Position numbers and translations under genes: made by a program. The notes under the pieces were generated by a model. The model was not told where the DNA came from, did no database searches, and saw only the letters and a program-made list of their open reading frames with translations. A DNA stretch of 50,409 nt, the filler included, from Dimargaris cristalligena (Eukaryota), in the NCBI GenBank assembly GCA_003614675.1. It is 2 parts of 2 records of this genome, joined end to end, with 100 filler letters (N's around TTAATTAATTAA, not from the genome) between each part and the next. Parts side by side here need not be neighbours in the genome. Positions count along the whole stretch, not along the records: positions 1 to 25,164 come from ML002568.1; 1 more part is not named here. One strand, 5' to 3'. Positions 11,822 through 23,667 of the stretch are shown one piece after another; the stretch's first letter is position 1; the number at the start of each line of letters is the position of its first letter.

Positions 11822-14470
11822 TTAATCATGTTCCAATGTTACATCCGACACAATCTGTTGCAGAATGGTGGAGTTCTTAATCAAAGATTTGAAGTAATCC
11901 CGCGATTCTTCGGCAACGAAGCGTTTCTCCAGTTTCTGGGCCCGTTCCCGTTCCTCGTGCTCAATCAAGTGCTGGAAGGACGTCTGGACGTCCCATACGA
12001 AGGGCCGGATGGCCTTGTTGGCCGCGTGGTAAAGGATGTACGATTGGTGTTCGGCGTAGCGCATGGATTCGGTTTGTTCGCGTAACCGCTGGAGCATCCG
12101 GCGGCGGATGGTACGGTCCAGGTCCGCGGTCAAGTAGACAAAGAATCCGGTTCCGACCAGCGCCGCGCCTAGCAGGGTAAGGGAACGCACACCGCGCCAG
12201 CCCAGCCAGCCGCCCAGGCGCACGGCCCGCTGCATCAAATCCCCCGCGGTGGTAAAGGGCAGACCGCCGGGAATCTTGGCCGCTAGCATCGTGAGGGTTC
12301 CCAGGGAGGCACCCGTCATGCCGAGAAGATGGGCGGCGTCGAATTCGAAGCGCCAGTTGACCAGATCCGTCAGGGATAGGGACATATCAAACAACGAGGC
12401 CGAGGGGGACCCGGGGGCCATCATGGAGGCGGCTGGAGACTGAAGGTCCGGTTGTTCCTGTTGCCGTTGTTCATTCAGAGCCACCACCAGGTCGCGGTCA
12501 CCCATGGGCAGGACCACGGAATCGGGGTTATCGGTAGCCAACTCGTCCTCGATGGTATCCCAGGGGATGTGGTAAGCCTTACGGGGCACGGGATCGGGTT
12601 GCAGGTCGTTGATTTGGAAGGTCACTTTATCCACAGCGTCTTCGGTGAAGAGTTCGCACCGGTGTAATTCCTGTTCCATCCGGGAGAGGAGGAAGGTTTT
12701 GAGATCAGCCATGTAACGGAACATATACAGGATACCGTTCCAAGGAACATGGGCCACGACGTCATCGGGATGAGGGGCGCCGGAAACGGGGGAGGTGGAA
12801 CCATCCGTGCCACCATTATGGTGGTCGTCAAAGGCCGCGGTAACGGCCGCTAAGCTCGGGGAGCGGGTCAGGGGGTGACTTTGGGGGACGGGGGCGGCCA
12901 TCAGCTGACCGCGGTCGGACAGAGCGAAGCGGCGCACCTGGTCCTGGAGGGCCTGGATGGTGGTACGCCGGATTAGCTCACAGCCAGCATCGAGCAGGCG
13001 GTTGGCCTGTTCGCTGGCGTCCTGGCGGCGGGTCAACAGGCTCTGGTAAAGGGGCACGGCGGTCTTGAGCTCATAGTTGATGCTCTCCACCCGTTTGGCG
13101 GCCATGACGAAGTTGACCCGGGAGAGCACGGTAATGTCGTCCAAGACACTCAGGAGGTAGCGCTGGGCGGGGGCCAGTTTGGAGATGAAGCGTTTCTCCA
13201 GGGTGAAGGAGCGCAGGGACTGTTCGAGGTGGGCGAACTCGGTGGTCAAACTACGCGGGATGCTACCGGTGGCGTGTTCGCCGGTGGGCGCGGTGGGGGC
13301 GTACATGTGGGTGGCACTCACAAAGTGGACCAGATCCTGGGCGTTGTTGTAGGTGTGTGGGGACAGTTCCCTAATTTGCTCCAGCACCAGGCGACGGCAA
13401 CGGTCCTTGTTGCGGATGGAGTCGAATTTGTTGACTACAATGAAAATGTAGGCCTTCTCCTTACCCGCGGTGGTCAGGAACTCCTGGCCCGACAAGGTGA
13501 AGTGGTTCTCGGAATTGACGACAAAGACGATGACGTCGATTTCCTCCTGGCGGGTGAACAGCTGGGTGGTTTTCAGGGAGTCCCGGTTCAGGCCGGGGGA
13601 GTCAATGAGGGCAATGTCGGCCACGCCGTTATGAAGCAAGCTGTTGTGACTGTCCCGACCGTCCACGGTATAGATCTTAAGGAGCTGGTAGTTGTCGGGA
13701 TTGTCCATTACCACGTCGTCCAAGTCGTCGGGGTCAATCAGAGTGTAGGAAGAGGGGTCTTTGGGGTCGTAGGCCTGGTGGTTCCAAATGGCATGGATAG
13801 CTTCCCGGCCTCCGTTCTGCTGAGCGTCAAGTACCTCGCAGAACAGCATGGTACAGGGCTGTTGGTCCCAGGGCAGCACCTCACGGCGCAGCAGGGAGTT
13901 GACCAGAGTACTCTTACCGGCGTTCAGGTCCCCGGTCACGAGGACTTTGGAGCTCCGGTCGGCCACTCGGGCGTGCAGGCGGGCCAAGTGGGCGAGCGAC
14001 TGGGCCAGCTGTTCGTCTAGCAGGTTGGAAATGGACCCCTGCTCCAGACTGAATACGAGGGAGGAACCGTCGACCGACGACGCACGGTGGGCTAGGCGTA
14101 GGTCCAATTTGAGGATCTTGAGGGTGCTGGGGCCGGAGTCGACGCCACTGTCCGAGAACTGGGCACTGTCGGCAAGGCTGGCGGTGTCAAAGGGAACCAG
14201 GGCGCGCTGGTCCTCCCCCGCCAGGGTGCCCGACGCAGACATAGGGGTGGCCGGTTGGTCATTGGGGTGCCAAAGGGACTGGGGATATTGCACCTGGAAG
14301 CGGGACCGGTTGGTCTGGCGCAGATCCTCCAGAAGGGCCTGGGTGTCCCGAATGTGGATCAGCAGCTTCTGGCTCTGTTCCTGGAACAGACGCTGGCGGT
14401 GAAGGGAATAGTCCTTTTCCGGGATCGGAAGGAGAGACGAGGTGGAGGAATTGAGATCCATGGTGGGCAA
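11822..14470 (-). CDS. FZO1: Mitofusin (fuzzy onions) transmembrane GTPase, ~880 aa, intronless
   Basis: SSKVLVTGDLNAGKST P-loop, LPWDQQPCT, IDSPGLN, QEEIDVIVFVVNSENHFTLS, VVNKFD, SKLAPAQRYL; C-terminal hydrophobic segments and coiled coil. The start may be either of two nearby codons. Confidence 0.92.
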   Translation of the reverse strand: MPTMDLNSSTSSLLPIPEKDYSLHRQRLFQEQSQKLLIHIRDTQALLEDLRQTNRSRFQVQYPQSLWHPNDQPATPMSASGTLAGEDQRALVPFDTASLADSAQFSDSGVDSGPSTLKILKLDLRLAHRASSVDGSSLVFSLEQGSISNLLDEQLAQSLAHLARLHARVADRSSKVLVTGDLNAGKSTLVNSLLRREVLPWDQQPCTMLFCEVLDAQQNGGREAIHAIWNHQAYDPKDPSSYTLIDPDDLDDVVMDNPDNYQLLKIYTVDGRDSHNSLLHNGVADIALIDSPGLNRDSLKTTQLFTRQEEIDVIVFVVNSENHFTLSGQEFLTTAGKEKAYIFIVVNKFDSIRNKDRCRRLVLEQIRELSPHTYNNAQDLVHFVSATHMYAPTAPTGEHATGSIPRSLTTEFAHLEQSLRSFTLEKRFISKLAPAQRYLLSVLDDITVLSRVNFVMAAKRVESINYELKTAVPLYQSLLTRRQDASEQANRLLDAGCELIRRTTIQALQDQVRRFALSDRGQLMAAPVPQSHPLTRSPSLAAVTAAFDDHHNGGTDGSTSPVSGAPHPDDVVAHVPWNGILYMFRYMADLKTFLLSRMEQELHRCELFTEDAVDKVTFQINDLQPDPVPRKAYHIPWDTIEDELATDNPDSVVLPMGDRDLVVALNEQRQQEQPDLQSPAASMMAPGSPSASLFDMSLSLTDLVNWRFEFDAAHLLGMTGASLGTLTMLAAKIPGGLPFTTAGDLMQRAVRLGGWLGWRGVRSLTLLGAALVGTGFFVYLTADLDRTIRRRMLQRLREQTESMRYAEHQSYILYHAANKAIRPFVWDVQTSFQHLIEHEERERAQKLEKRFVAEESRDYFKSLIKNSTILQQIVSDVTLEHD

Positions 14471-15565
14471 GGAATAGGGAATAAAGACAATAGGAAAGGA
14501 CGATGAATCACAGCTAGACGCAAGAAGAAACTATCGTAGAGGGAGAAGTGATAAATAGATAGGTAAGAGTGGGGGGAATGAAACCCGCGTGAGTGGGGGT
14601 GGTCTTGCTCAGGCACGGGGTGTGCGACTGTGGTGGTTGGTGGGCGAACGAGTAAAAGACAGGTAATAGAGGGAGCACCAAAAGGAATTTCCAAGGGCCT
14701 CAATAGGCAATGTAGGGCTTTCGAAGGGGGGAAAAGTAAAGGGAGTATAGTTTATAAAAGAAGGGACGCCCGGCCTTGGAGACTTTTAAAAGACTAACAC
14801 TACGGCAATAACCACGGAATGGTCACAATGAGGGAGGAGAGCCAAGGAGAGAGAACGAATAGAGAGAAAGGAGAGAGAGAGGTAAGGGGGGACACTGGTG
14901 ACGCACCTGCCAACACGGGGATTAACTATGGGTTGGGGTGATGGTGGTGCTGGGGCTTAGAGGAAAGTCCGCATAATTACAGGTGAGCAGTCATCGCCGA
15001 TACCCGCCCCATCTAGTTTAACAATACATAGAGGGACTTACGGAGAGAATATAAAATGGCACTGAATGATCGGCTGTTATAGTCGGTATCCAGTATGACG
15101 GGAGGGCGCTCATTGATACCTTGGAGCCAACAGGTAAATGGGTGAGGATAAAAGGCTCTAAAAAACACGCTCCTAAGGAAGAAAAGGCCATGCTGATATT
15201 TGGACATGGATAGCGGTTTTAAGCCAAAACAACCGTCTTCGGGTGCCACTGACCAGTAATACTTTAACTAATTTTTATGTATTCCGCCAACCAAATGGCG
15301 GGCAGATGGATGGCCATTGGTTTCCCCTCGACCGGCTCCGTGACTAAGGCTGCCGACCCGACCATTGCCATTGGTTGGCCGCTGCTTTTGCCAAGGAACA
15401 GTGCGGCAGTGGTGGAGACTTTATATACCCTTTTGTAGAGCACAACCTGCTTTCCTAAAAAGCCCCTCATGTGAGTGAAAATCTAATAGCAGCCAATGTA
15501 TCACTTTATCATTACAAAATATAATCGCTAGGCACATTCACAAGGGTAAGCTTGCGCAATAGTGA

Positions 15566-18500
15566 TTAACTCCGGGCAACCACCTTACCACTTTTGGTGA
15601 ATTCCCGGTAGGGCGCCCGCACCAGTCGGTTCTCGTCAAAGACGGGACGGCCCTGGACCGCCCAGAACGCCTTTTCGCCCTCCGGGTCGGGCCATTCGCG
15701 GGGGGCCCACGGGTGGTCGGCCGGAACCCGGGGATCCAGTTCGGGATTCGCCGCCAGTCGCTCCTTCTCCTCGTCAGTGAGGCATTCCAGTGGCTCGCCT
15801 ATGGTTTGCGCCACCTTGAGGAATATTTCGTCCGCCGAGAGTTCGTACGCTAGCAGTTCATCCTCCTCCGCCATTAAAATATCAATCGTCGACTGGACAC
15901 CGGGCATGTACACGGTGGCTGGTACCAAAAAGGACTGCATCGGTTCCTCCCCTTCAGCTCCGTTTCCTTCCGGGGCTATTTCGGCATGCCTATTCCCTGC
16001 GACTTCCTCCTCGGTATTGTGATCGTCGCCGTCCTCCTCCCCATCCCATTCGCCCTCTTCCTGGGCGGGATTAACGAACGGTGTCGGAAGGGTGGGATAG
16101 TAGTGTTCGCGGGGATTTACACACAGTTCGCTGGCCGGATCAGGGGTGCGGAACTGGGCTCCCATCCGCCAATCGTCATTTTTTAGGTCACTGGGGGGAC
16201 GTTCCATCAATTTCCGGATTTCCTCCGCCTCCTCCTCCGTCAGTTCGACAACCCCCTCTTCCACGGGCTCGTCATTAATAATCCCAATTTCCTCGGGCGT
16301 GAGCCGGTCCACCGGCTTGGGTTCGTAAATGGGCTTCGCATCGACCGACCCGTCCGTATAGTTGCCCTCCTGGGCCAGTCGCTTGGCTTCGTTCGTTTCG
16401 GGAACAGTAGCCAGGTACTGTGGGTGGAAACGGGCCCAGAAGCGACCCGAGAGGCGGTAGGCTCGTAGGAATTGTGGGGAGTAGTAGAAAACGCTGTAGG
16501 GCGTCGCCACCCGGTCCAGTAACGTAGCCGCATCGAAATGTACATACCGTGATTGGCCGTCGCTACCACCCGTAGTAGACTGGTCCCCGGCCTGTTTTAG
16601 AATGTCGTAGGCCCGGCGGAATTCCCAAGCTAGCCCTTCGACGGACCACGGCTCCCGGGCGCGGACCATATTAGATTCGGGCATGAATGGGTGTTCAATG
16701 GCCAGCAGCGCATATTGAGATTCAAAGGAGGCCATATCCCCGGGTACATTCGCGTTAATCAGGGGCGAGGGGGAGAGGCAGCGGGGCAGAATACCGCCTA
16801 AGCGCACCGACACCATGGCCTGCGTGTAGGGGAATTCGTGGCCGAAGAAGCGGAAAAACTCGGTCAGGAGGTGGGTCATGGTAGCGCCGGTCCCTGGGCT
16901 AGTGTTTCGTCGGTTACGGGGGAATTCCGGGTCAAGTCGGTAGGTGAAAGCCTGGGGGCGCGGGGCCAGGTTCATGTGTTTAACGGCGGGGGAGTCATCC
17001 AAGTATTCACCAGGATTCCGATCCTGCTCCCGGTAGATGTAGGTGGTCTCGTTCACCTGGAGGGTAAGTCCGCACCGGTCGGCGAACGAAGGGGGCACCC
17101 ACGCCATATAGGGCTGGGAAAAGCCATTATCGTCGATGAGTTGGGGGTACAGCCAGTTGGGCCGCCATAGCCTGCGCCGGATCGGCGCCCGGATAAAAGT
17201 GTGGGGGCGGGCCCTAACCCGCGAGTGGTACGTCATTTTTTCCTCCTCGATGATCCGCTCTTGGTTGGCCTCAAATATCGCCCGTTGGGTGTCGAATAGT
17301 TTCTGGGCCCGGCGTTCAATGTCCAGTTCGTGGGTTTGCCAGCTCGCCGTAGGCCGGGTCATAAAGTAGCCCTCCTCCTTGGCAAGTGGTACGCGAGGGA
17401 GAGTGGTTTGGCAGCTGAGGCAGTGGTGTAGGTCGTTGAGTAGCCGCTGAGCGTCCGGGTCCGTGACAATGGAGGCCAGATCGGCTTTGGATAAGAGGTT
17501 CAGGGCGGGCTGGGCATCAGTACTTTTGTCTTTCCCGGCAGCTTCTTTGGCGGGAAGTTGAATCTCGGTTTCACGCTGGTGCATGGCGGCTAGCAACTGG
17601 TTTTGTAAACTCCGCATGGCATGCTGGACCGCCCGGTGCCGGAAAGTGTCCTCGTGGATGCACGTGTCAACCCGCTGGAGAACCGGTAGGACTCCCTTAT
17701 ACTGTAAAAACCCTACCAGCATCATGGCCAATTGAATTGAACTGAATAGCTTTTTGGGCATTTCGAATATACTACCGGTATGTTCCTTCGGGAAGATGAG
17801 CTGTCGCTGGCGGGCCCAATCAAGGATAAATTGGAGCATAGGGCGGACCCGTGGGTCGAAGTCATAGTAGGCCTTGAGGAGACGAGTCTCGAAGAGGGGG
17901 AGGGGATGGTCGATGCGGATGGCAACGGGCGTGTAGGACTCGTATTTGCCGTAATTCCCCAGGATTAGGCCTTGGCCGGGCAAACTCTGGGCAGGAATGA
18001 ATCGGATTTGCTTCAACCCACCGCCCCGGAATTTGGATACGTATTTCTTCAGTGAATTCATAATATGATGGTTGGTGGAGTTGAGCCGAAGTACTTTGTC
18101 GTGAGGAATGTAGAGTAGGATATTTATGTCACTGCCGGGATGGGCTAAACCGGTAGCGAATGATCTTCCGGTGGCAGAGCATGGTGACAAACATACATAT
18201 ACATATAAGGTAAGTAATGATCCAGGTAAGCAATATGTATAGATGCCATTAAGCAGGTAGACAGCAAACTTATATTCCTATATAGTTGTTATTAAGGCCG
18301 GGGCCTTGCAATGGTATACATGGCACGGTGGCCTATATAATTATAGATCAACAAGTCAATGCGCGATCTAAACAACGCCAATCATTTAACTAAGTAGTAT
18401 CCGGATGAAGAACTTACCCTACTAATTCCACCCGATAATCCTTAGGGTTTTCGCCATTCTCAAATGACTCCCGCAGGTGAATAATGCTCGTATTAACCTT

Positions 18501-19244
18501 TTCCAGTAAGGCCGGACTAGGGCCCAAAGCGAAGCCCCGTAGGAGCAACTGCCGGTCGATTAGCAATTCTTGGCTGACCGACAGGCTAGTCAGTGTGCCT
18601 AAGGAGAGGGGATCCGAGGACAGTGGGGCCTGGTTAGGGTCCATCACTGACCAAGTGGGACCGGGGGGTTCGGTAGTGGAGGGATCGGGAGGCGGAAACT
18701 CGGCTTCCGCACGCACCTTGAGGGCTATTTCATAGGGGTCGGAGGTTAAATAGGGCATAGGCGCCGAATACCGATTCCGGGCTTCGAGTTCCCGCACCAC
18801 TTGGGGCCCGAGGGGCGTCCCGGTTAATGTGACCCACCGAAAAGGTTCTAAATTGATGGATTCAATCATACGTGGTAACCGATAATCCAAACAGGGTTGG
18901 GCAAACTCCGATGTCGGAGTTGCGGTCGTCGCGGCCGTCGAGGCGGGTGAGTTTAGGTCCGCCGTCCCTACCTCGCACTCCCCTTCATGGATAGCAAAAT
19001 ACTTGCGAAACACGGGCTTACTGAGAATGGGGTACAAGCCACGGCGGGGCAGGTAGGGGGCAATGAGCGGATCGCGGAGAATAGACCGATGCAGGTAGCC
19101 GAATGTCAAGGCCTGGTTGTTATGGGCCTTGATTTGCTGGTAGGTGTATCGAGCCAGTAGCCATTGGGCTCGATCAACGGACCGGAACTCGTGGATCTGC
19201 CGCTGTCGTTCGACGAAGCAAGCCGCACTAGGGAATCGACTCAT
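15566..19244 (-). CDS. Cid1/Trf4/PAPD-like non-canonical poly(A)/(U) polymerase-fold protein, catalytic residues degenerate; exons 19244-18418 and 18164-15566
   Basis: Intron 18417-18165 (GTAAGT...AAG) reconstitutes ELVG-SFATGLAHPGSDINILL. TRLLKAYYDFDPRVRP, MLVGFLQ...VLP, LLTEFFRFFG and LAIEHPF match the PAP-associated region. Confidence 0.75.
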
Positions 19245-20089
19245 GGAACGAGTGAATCCTGCTTATGAAGGTTATGAAGGCGCAATAACAATACTAAAAT
19301 AACATGAAGTAGCGTCTCATTAGACGCGCGATGGATAGATGTGGAAGGAACACATTTACTAAAGGATATAAGCAGGTCCGAATGTTACACTATACAAAAG
19401 TATATGAATGGAATTTGACTCAGTTTTAAAAGGATTTAATTGATATGGGCATGGGGAAATAGGCGGGAGATTCATTTAAAACCAACAATAATTTCCTCAT
19501 GCTGCGGATTTTTCTTTATACAGTCATGCTGTTCTTCTTCCATGCAATAGGAAAATGCTACAAGAGTGGATTGTGATATATTAAACCGAAACTAATCTTT
19601 TTCCCCGAGCTATTTCTAGCAGTATTTGACCTACTTTTTTGCCCTGTTACGTGCCATATAGATCGAAATAATATAAATATATAGCGGATTATTGAATAGG
19701 ACGGCAATAAGAAAGAGCCTCTTAGAGCAAGGGGGGCGGGGGCAGTTGGTTTTGATAACCAACGGCGGGGTAACTCCACCCGACCTATGGGGGGCCACAC
19801 CGGCCCAGCTATTAACCGAATGGGCGGTTATAGCCCTACCATTTGAATAATGTATCAATTAAGAAATATATAACAATGGAGTCTAATTAGGGTTATTTCT
19901 ATAGTCCATCCCGATTAATTTAAATCGGCGGCCTTCTGTATCAAGTGTGAATTTTCATCCAAAATCTTCTATAGGCAAAACTAACCTTCTCTCCCATTTA
20001 TACTGGTGAATATGGCAAAGGGGTAATTACACTTACTAGCCTGTGCTAATTAGGCGGAGCCATCAGTTATTTAGACGTACATTGGGTTG

Positions 20090-21155
20090 AACGACAAGCT
20101 ATTCCAGCTCTTGGTCAATTTCATAAGAGGCGGTTCAGTTTATCAACCTAGCTTTACATAGTGGGGGTCTGAAACTAGCTCCCAGTTAGGGGATAGGCAT
20201 GTAGCTCATCTGCTCAATGTAAAATCAATTGGCCAGGCAGGCCTCATTCAAATTAAATAATTGCTTAGTCTGGTGTTGTCAGCCCAAATCGCCACTTTAT
20301 AATGGGAACAGCCACACCATAAAGGTTTTGGTGCATGGGTATTGGGGCAATAGGTGGTTCAAATGCTTCTCCATTTACTGTCTATGGATATTTGAAATAA
20401 TCCTGACTATACGCGAAACACCACCTGGCCAATGCCTAAACAAGCTCGAAATGCGCTTGTTAAGAACCAAACTATATATTCGACTGAAATTTTATACACA
20501 CTATTATTTAACATCACTAATTATATTTGTAGGGTAGCGCAGGGTGAAGAGTTAAGCAGGCCGAAATACACTATCCCATGTACAAAAATATCACAGGGAT
20601 AGAATTGGACCGCTGTGTTCTAACAAGCCATATTACACACCCGTCTATCCTATTAACTATTTATCTGGGCATTCAAGATATCCTCGTCTGGAGTGCCTCC
20701 TCCGCCGACTAATACTATTGGACTACTAAAGTCATGACAATACAACAGGAAGTAAAGTAATAAAGCAGTTAGAGGATGACAGATACCTCTGGGTGGTTTA
20801 TTTTATTCAATAGTATACTCAGTAGGGCGAAATATAAGTGGTTAAAATTAGTGGTCACAAGATAACTAAATAACATAAAGTAATTGATGGAAATAGGATA
20901 GGATAAAAACAATACCCGTCGGGATATATTTTTCAACACTCCGTTGGAAAGTACCCATTCTAATGTCGCCCTAAACCGGTGTAATTTCGCTAGTGGTGGA
21001 CTAATAGCAAGAGAGCAGGCACAGGGTCAAAGGAATAGACGAGACGAACTTGGACACAGTGGAATTCTATCGAGAACGGTGATATAGCCCCATTTCAAGC
21101 GATAAATAGTATATAGGAACAAAGACTTAACCATTCAGGTCCCTTTTAGTGGACG
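20090..21155 (+). repeat. Diverged direct copy of 49385-50409; non-coding region upstream of the secreted protein gene
   Basis: Collinear shared blocks such as tttacatag..ggggtctga, gaagagttaagcag, ccctaaaccggtg, ttcaagcgataaa and aggtcccttttagtggacg. Left boundary is approximate. Confidence 0.85.
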
Positions 21156-21509
21156 CCACCGTGTTACCCATCGTCTTTCCTCTGCTACCCACATCCAATC
21201 CGATACTCCTTCGTACCATCACATCCTAATCTAAAGTACACGCAAAAATGGGTGGCCGAAAAAGTATAACGATAACCGACAACTATATCGGGGTGGAGAG
21301 TGGTTATACAGGGGGTCACGGAGTAGGCTTACTTCGCCAAGACAGGAGCATTATATATAAATGGTCGATATTCACCCCCCATCCAACGATTATTTATCAC
21401 TGAGGTTCTATTTTTCCGAACAACCCTGTTTTTCATAACTGACCTGTTTACCAGCAGCTATATCATCTCCCCCTTCTCATCTTGTTTGCTTTGCCTACAT
21501 TCGTTCACC

Positions 21510-23567
21510 ATGAGAGCCTTCAACATGAACTACCTGAATTGGGCGGCGTTAGTGCTCACTCTCAGTACTCGTTTACCTAGTGCCGCGTCCTCGCCCATGG
21601 ATACGCCGGCCAGCCCTGACTATGAAGCGATGGAAATAGGGTCCGAGTCTCAGTCTGACCAGCCGCCCATCGCCCTTTCCGAAATATACTCCACGAGTGA
21701 AGCGTTAGCTGCCGATCTTCAAAAGTTACCCAAGCACCCTGCCGAAGAATTCCAGAAAGGCCAGCGGATAGAATATAGGCAATTGTCCTATGAATTAAAA
21801 AGCCTCATCATTGATTATGCTATTGTGGGGAATCGGAACCAACTACTACTAATGAACAAGGAATTTAATGCCTTCGTTAAAAATCATCCGTACGAGAGAG
21901 CGCTGGTAGGTGTAAATGATACCGATTTTGAATTCGAAAGCACGACCCCCCATAGCTGGGGTCTTTTTGGCCTGCATTTATCGGGTATTATTTCCCCGCC
22001 TATTATTTTAACCCCACCAACCCTCTCATTCCATATTACTCGCTATTAATTACAACTTATTTATGACCAACAGGTGCAATTCAAGACATTTTATGATGGT
22101 ATTCAAACACTAAAGCCTCACCTTGTGGTTAAACGACTTGTTCAGGATGCTAACCAGCTATTTCCCGAAATTAACCAACTTGGTCAAGAAGCAATACCTC
22201 AACTTCACGAACTTAATCAGCAGTACCGAGAAGCCATTCGGCTTTCTCAAGTAGGTATTCCCTCGCCGCTCGAAACTAACCCTGATAACCAGGAATATAA
22301 CTCACTCCTGTACGAAGCTATTAGACTTGCTAATCAACTTAAACCGTTCCTTCTCGAAACCACCCGGCAACTTCAAGAAGTGTTTGAGATCTGGCGTCGG
22401 ATTATGCATCACCAATTAACCGGGTCACTGCACTACGACGCCAGCATGAGGTTAATTACCATTGCTAAGGAAATCGGCCCATACGACACCAACGATAACG
22501 TTCGAATTTCCAAGGCTCGCCTTATGGCCCTCTATCATTACGCAAAGCTTAACAAGGACGATCCGCTATATCAGCTAAACGCCTGGGATTTCATTAATCC
22601 CGACCACTTGACTGGCGCAGCTCTCGCGGAACAATTTCCGCTGCTGGCTTTGGTGGATGCCCAACCCAACGGCCACCAAGTTTTGCAAGTTGTCCGCACT
22701 CTGGCCGACCCCGAGCTCCAACCATTCATCGCCCGTGGCTGGAAGCCAACGGATCTCAATCGAGTGCGTCGCTTAATGAGTGTTGGCTTTTTGGGTCCCT
22801 TGGAGTGGGTTAAAATAGAGCGGATATTTACTGTCGTGATCCCTCGAGTGATTTCTCTGGTCATGGCCCGCTTGGCTACAACGAGTCGATTCAATCACTT
22901 AGTGGAGTTTATGGATGATCTTCCGGTCTTGACGAACACGTTGGCCACTGAACACATGGATAATAACCAGTATTATCACTCTTTTAACCGATTGGCGGTG
23001 GTCATGGCTGCGGTAGGCCAGCATAAGCCGGCCTTGGAGCAGTTCACTCGGGTCTATGCTAATGACACGTCCGGTATTCCTCCCGATGAGCTATCTGCGG
23101 CCCAATCGGAATTAGTACATATTATGAGGTTCAGTAACTTTTCGAAAGGAGCCAAATTTCTGCAAGAGCACTGGGAATCTACATCCACCTCCAACTCAAG
23201 TGCCACTTCTTCGACTACTGCCAACAGTGAGATCCGTGAAGATACTCCAGAGATAGAACCTCGTCCAGTTGTCAAATACAACCATATGTTCCCCGAACGT
23301 ATTTATCGCTTGCTGGATACCAATCAAATGGTCGTAGCGGTGCTTCTAACTGAAAATACCTCTGAGGAAGTGGCCAAATTACCCAAGAAAACCCTACCGA
23401 CCCTCGTTGATTTATGGGAAGATTTTGCACACCAAATGACACCCGAGAAGTTTTCTCAGCTGAGACGTCTAGCCTATGCGAGTACACAAGTAGGCGAGGA
23501 GTTGAGTTTGCAAGTATCAGTATCTCAACTCCACGAATTTAACGGTAACATTCCATCGGACTTTTAA
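21510..23567 (+). CDS. Orphan secreted protein with an F-box-like motif; exons 21510-21905 and 22074-23567
   Basis: Signal peptide-like MRAFNMNYLNWAALVLTLSTRLPSAAS-SP. Phase-0 intron 21906-22073 (GTAGGT...CAG) joins the 187-aa and 497-aa ORFs. TATA-like ttatatataa at ~21351. Confidence 0.75.
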
Positions 23568-23667
23568 CCATTGGTGGAAAAATGTATTGTTGACTCTAAT
23601 CAAGTCTTAGTTCATTTTCTTACTCAATATCGCTGTTTTGTCAACTACACCAAGTCTGTTTATAGGA

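Noticed and set aside
13229-14402. Long antisense ORFs over FZO1, and similar ones over bestrophin, CPA1 and EMP70
   Set aside because: Shadow ORFs expected from GC3-rich codon usage on the coding strand.
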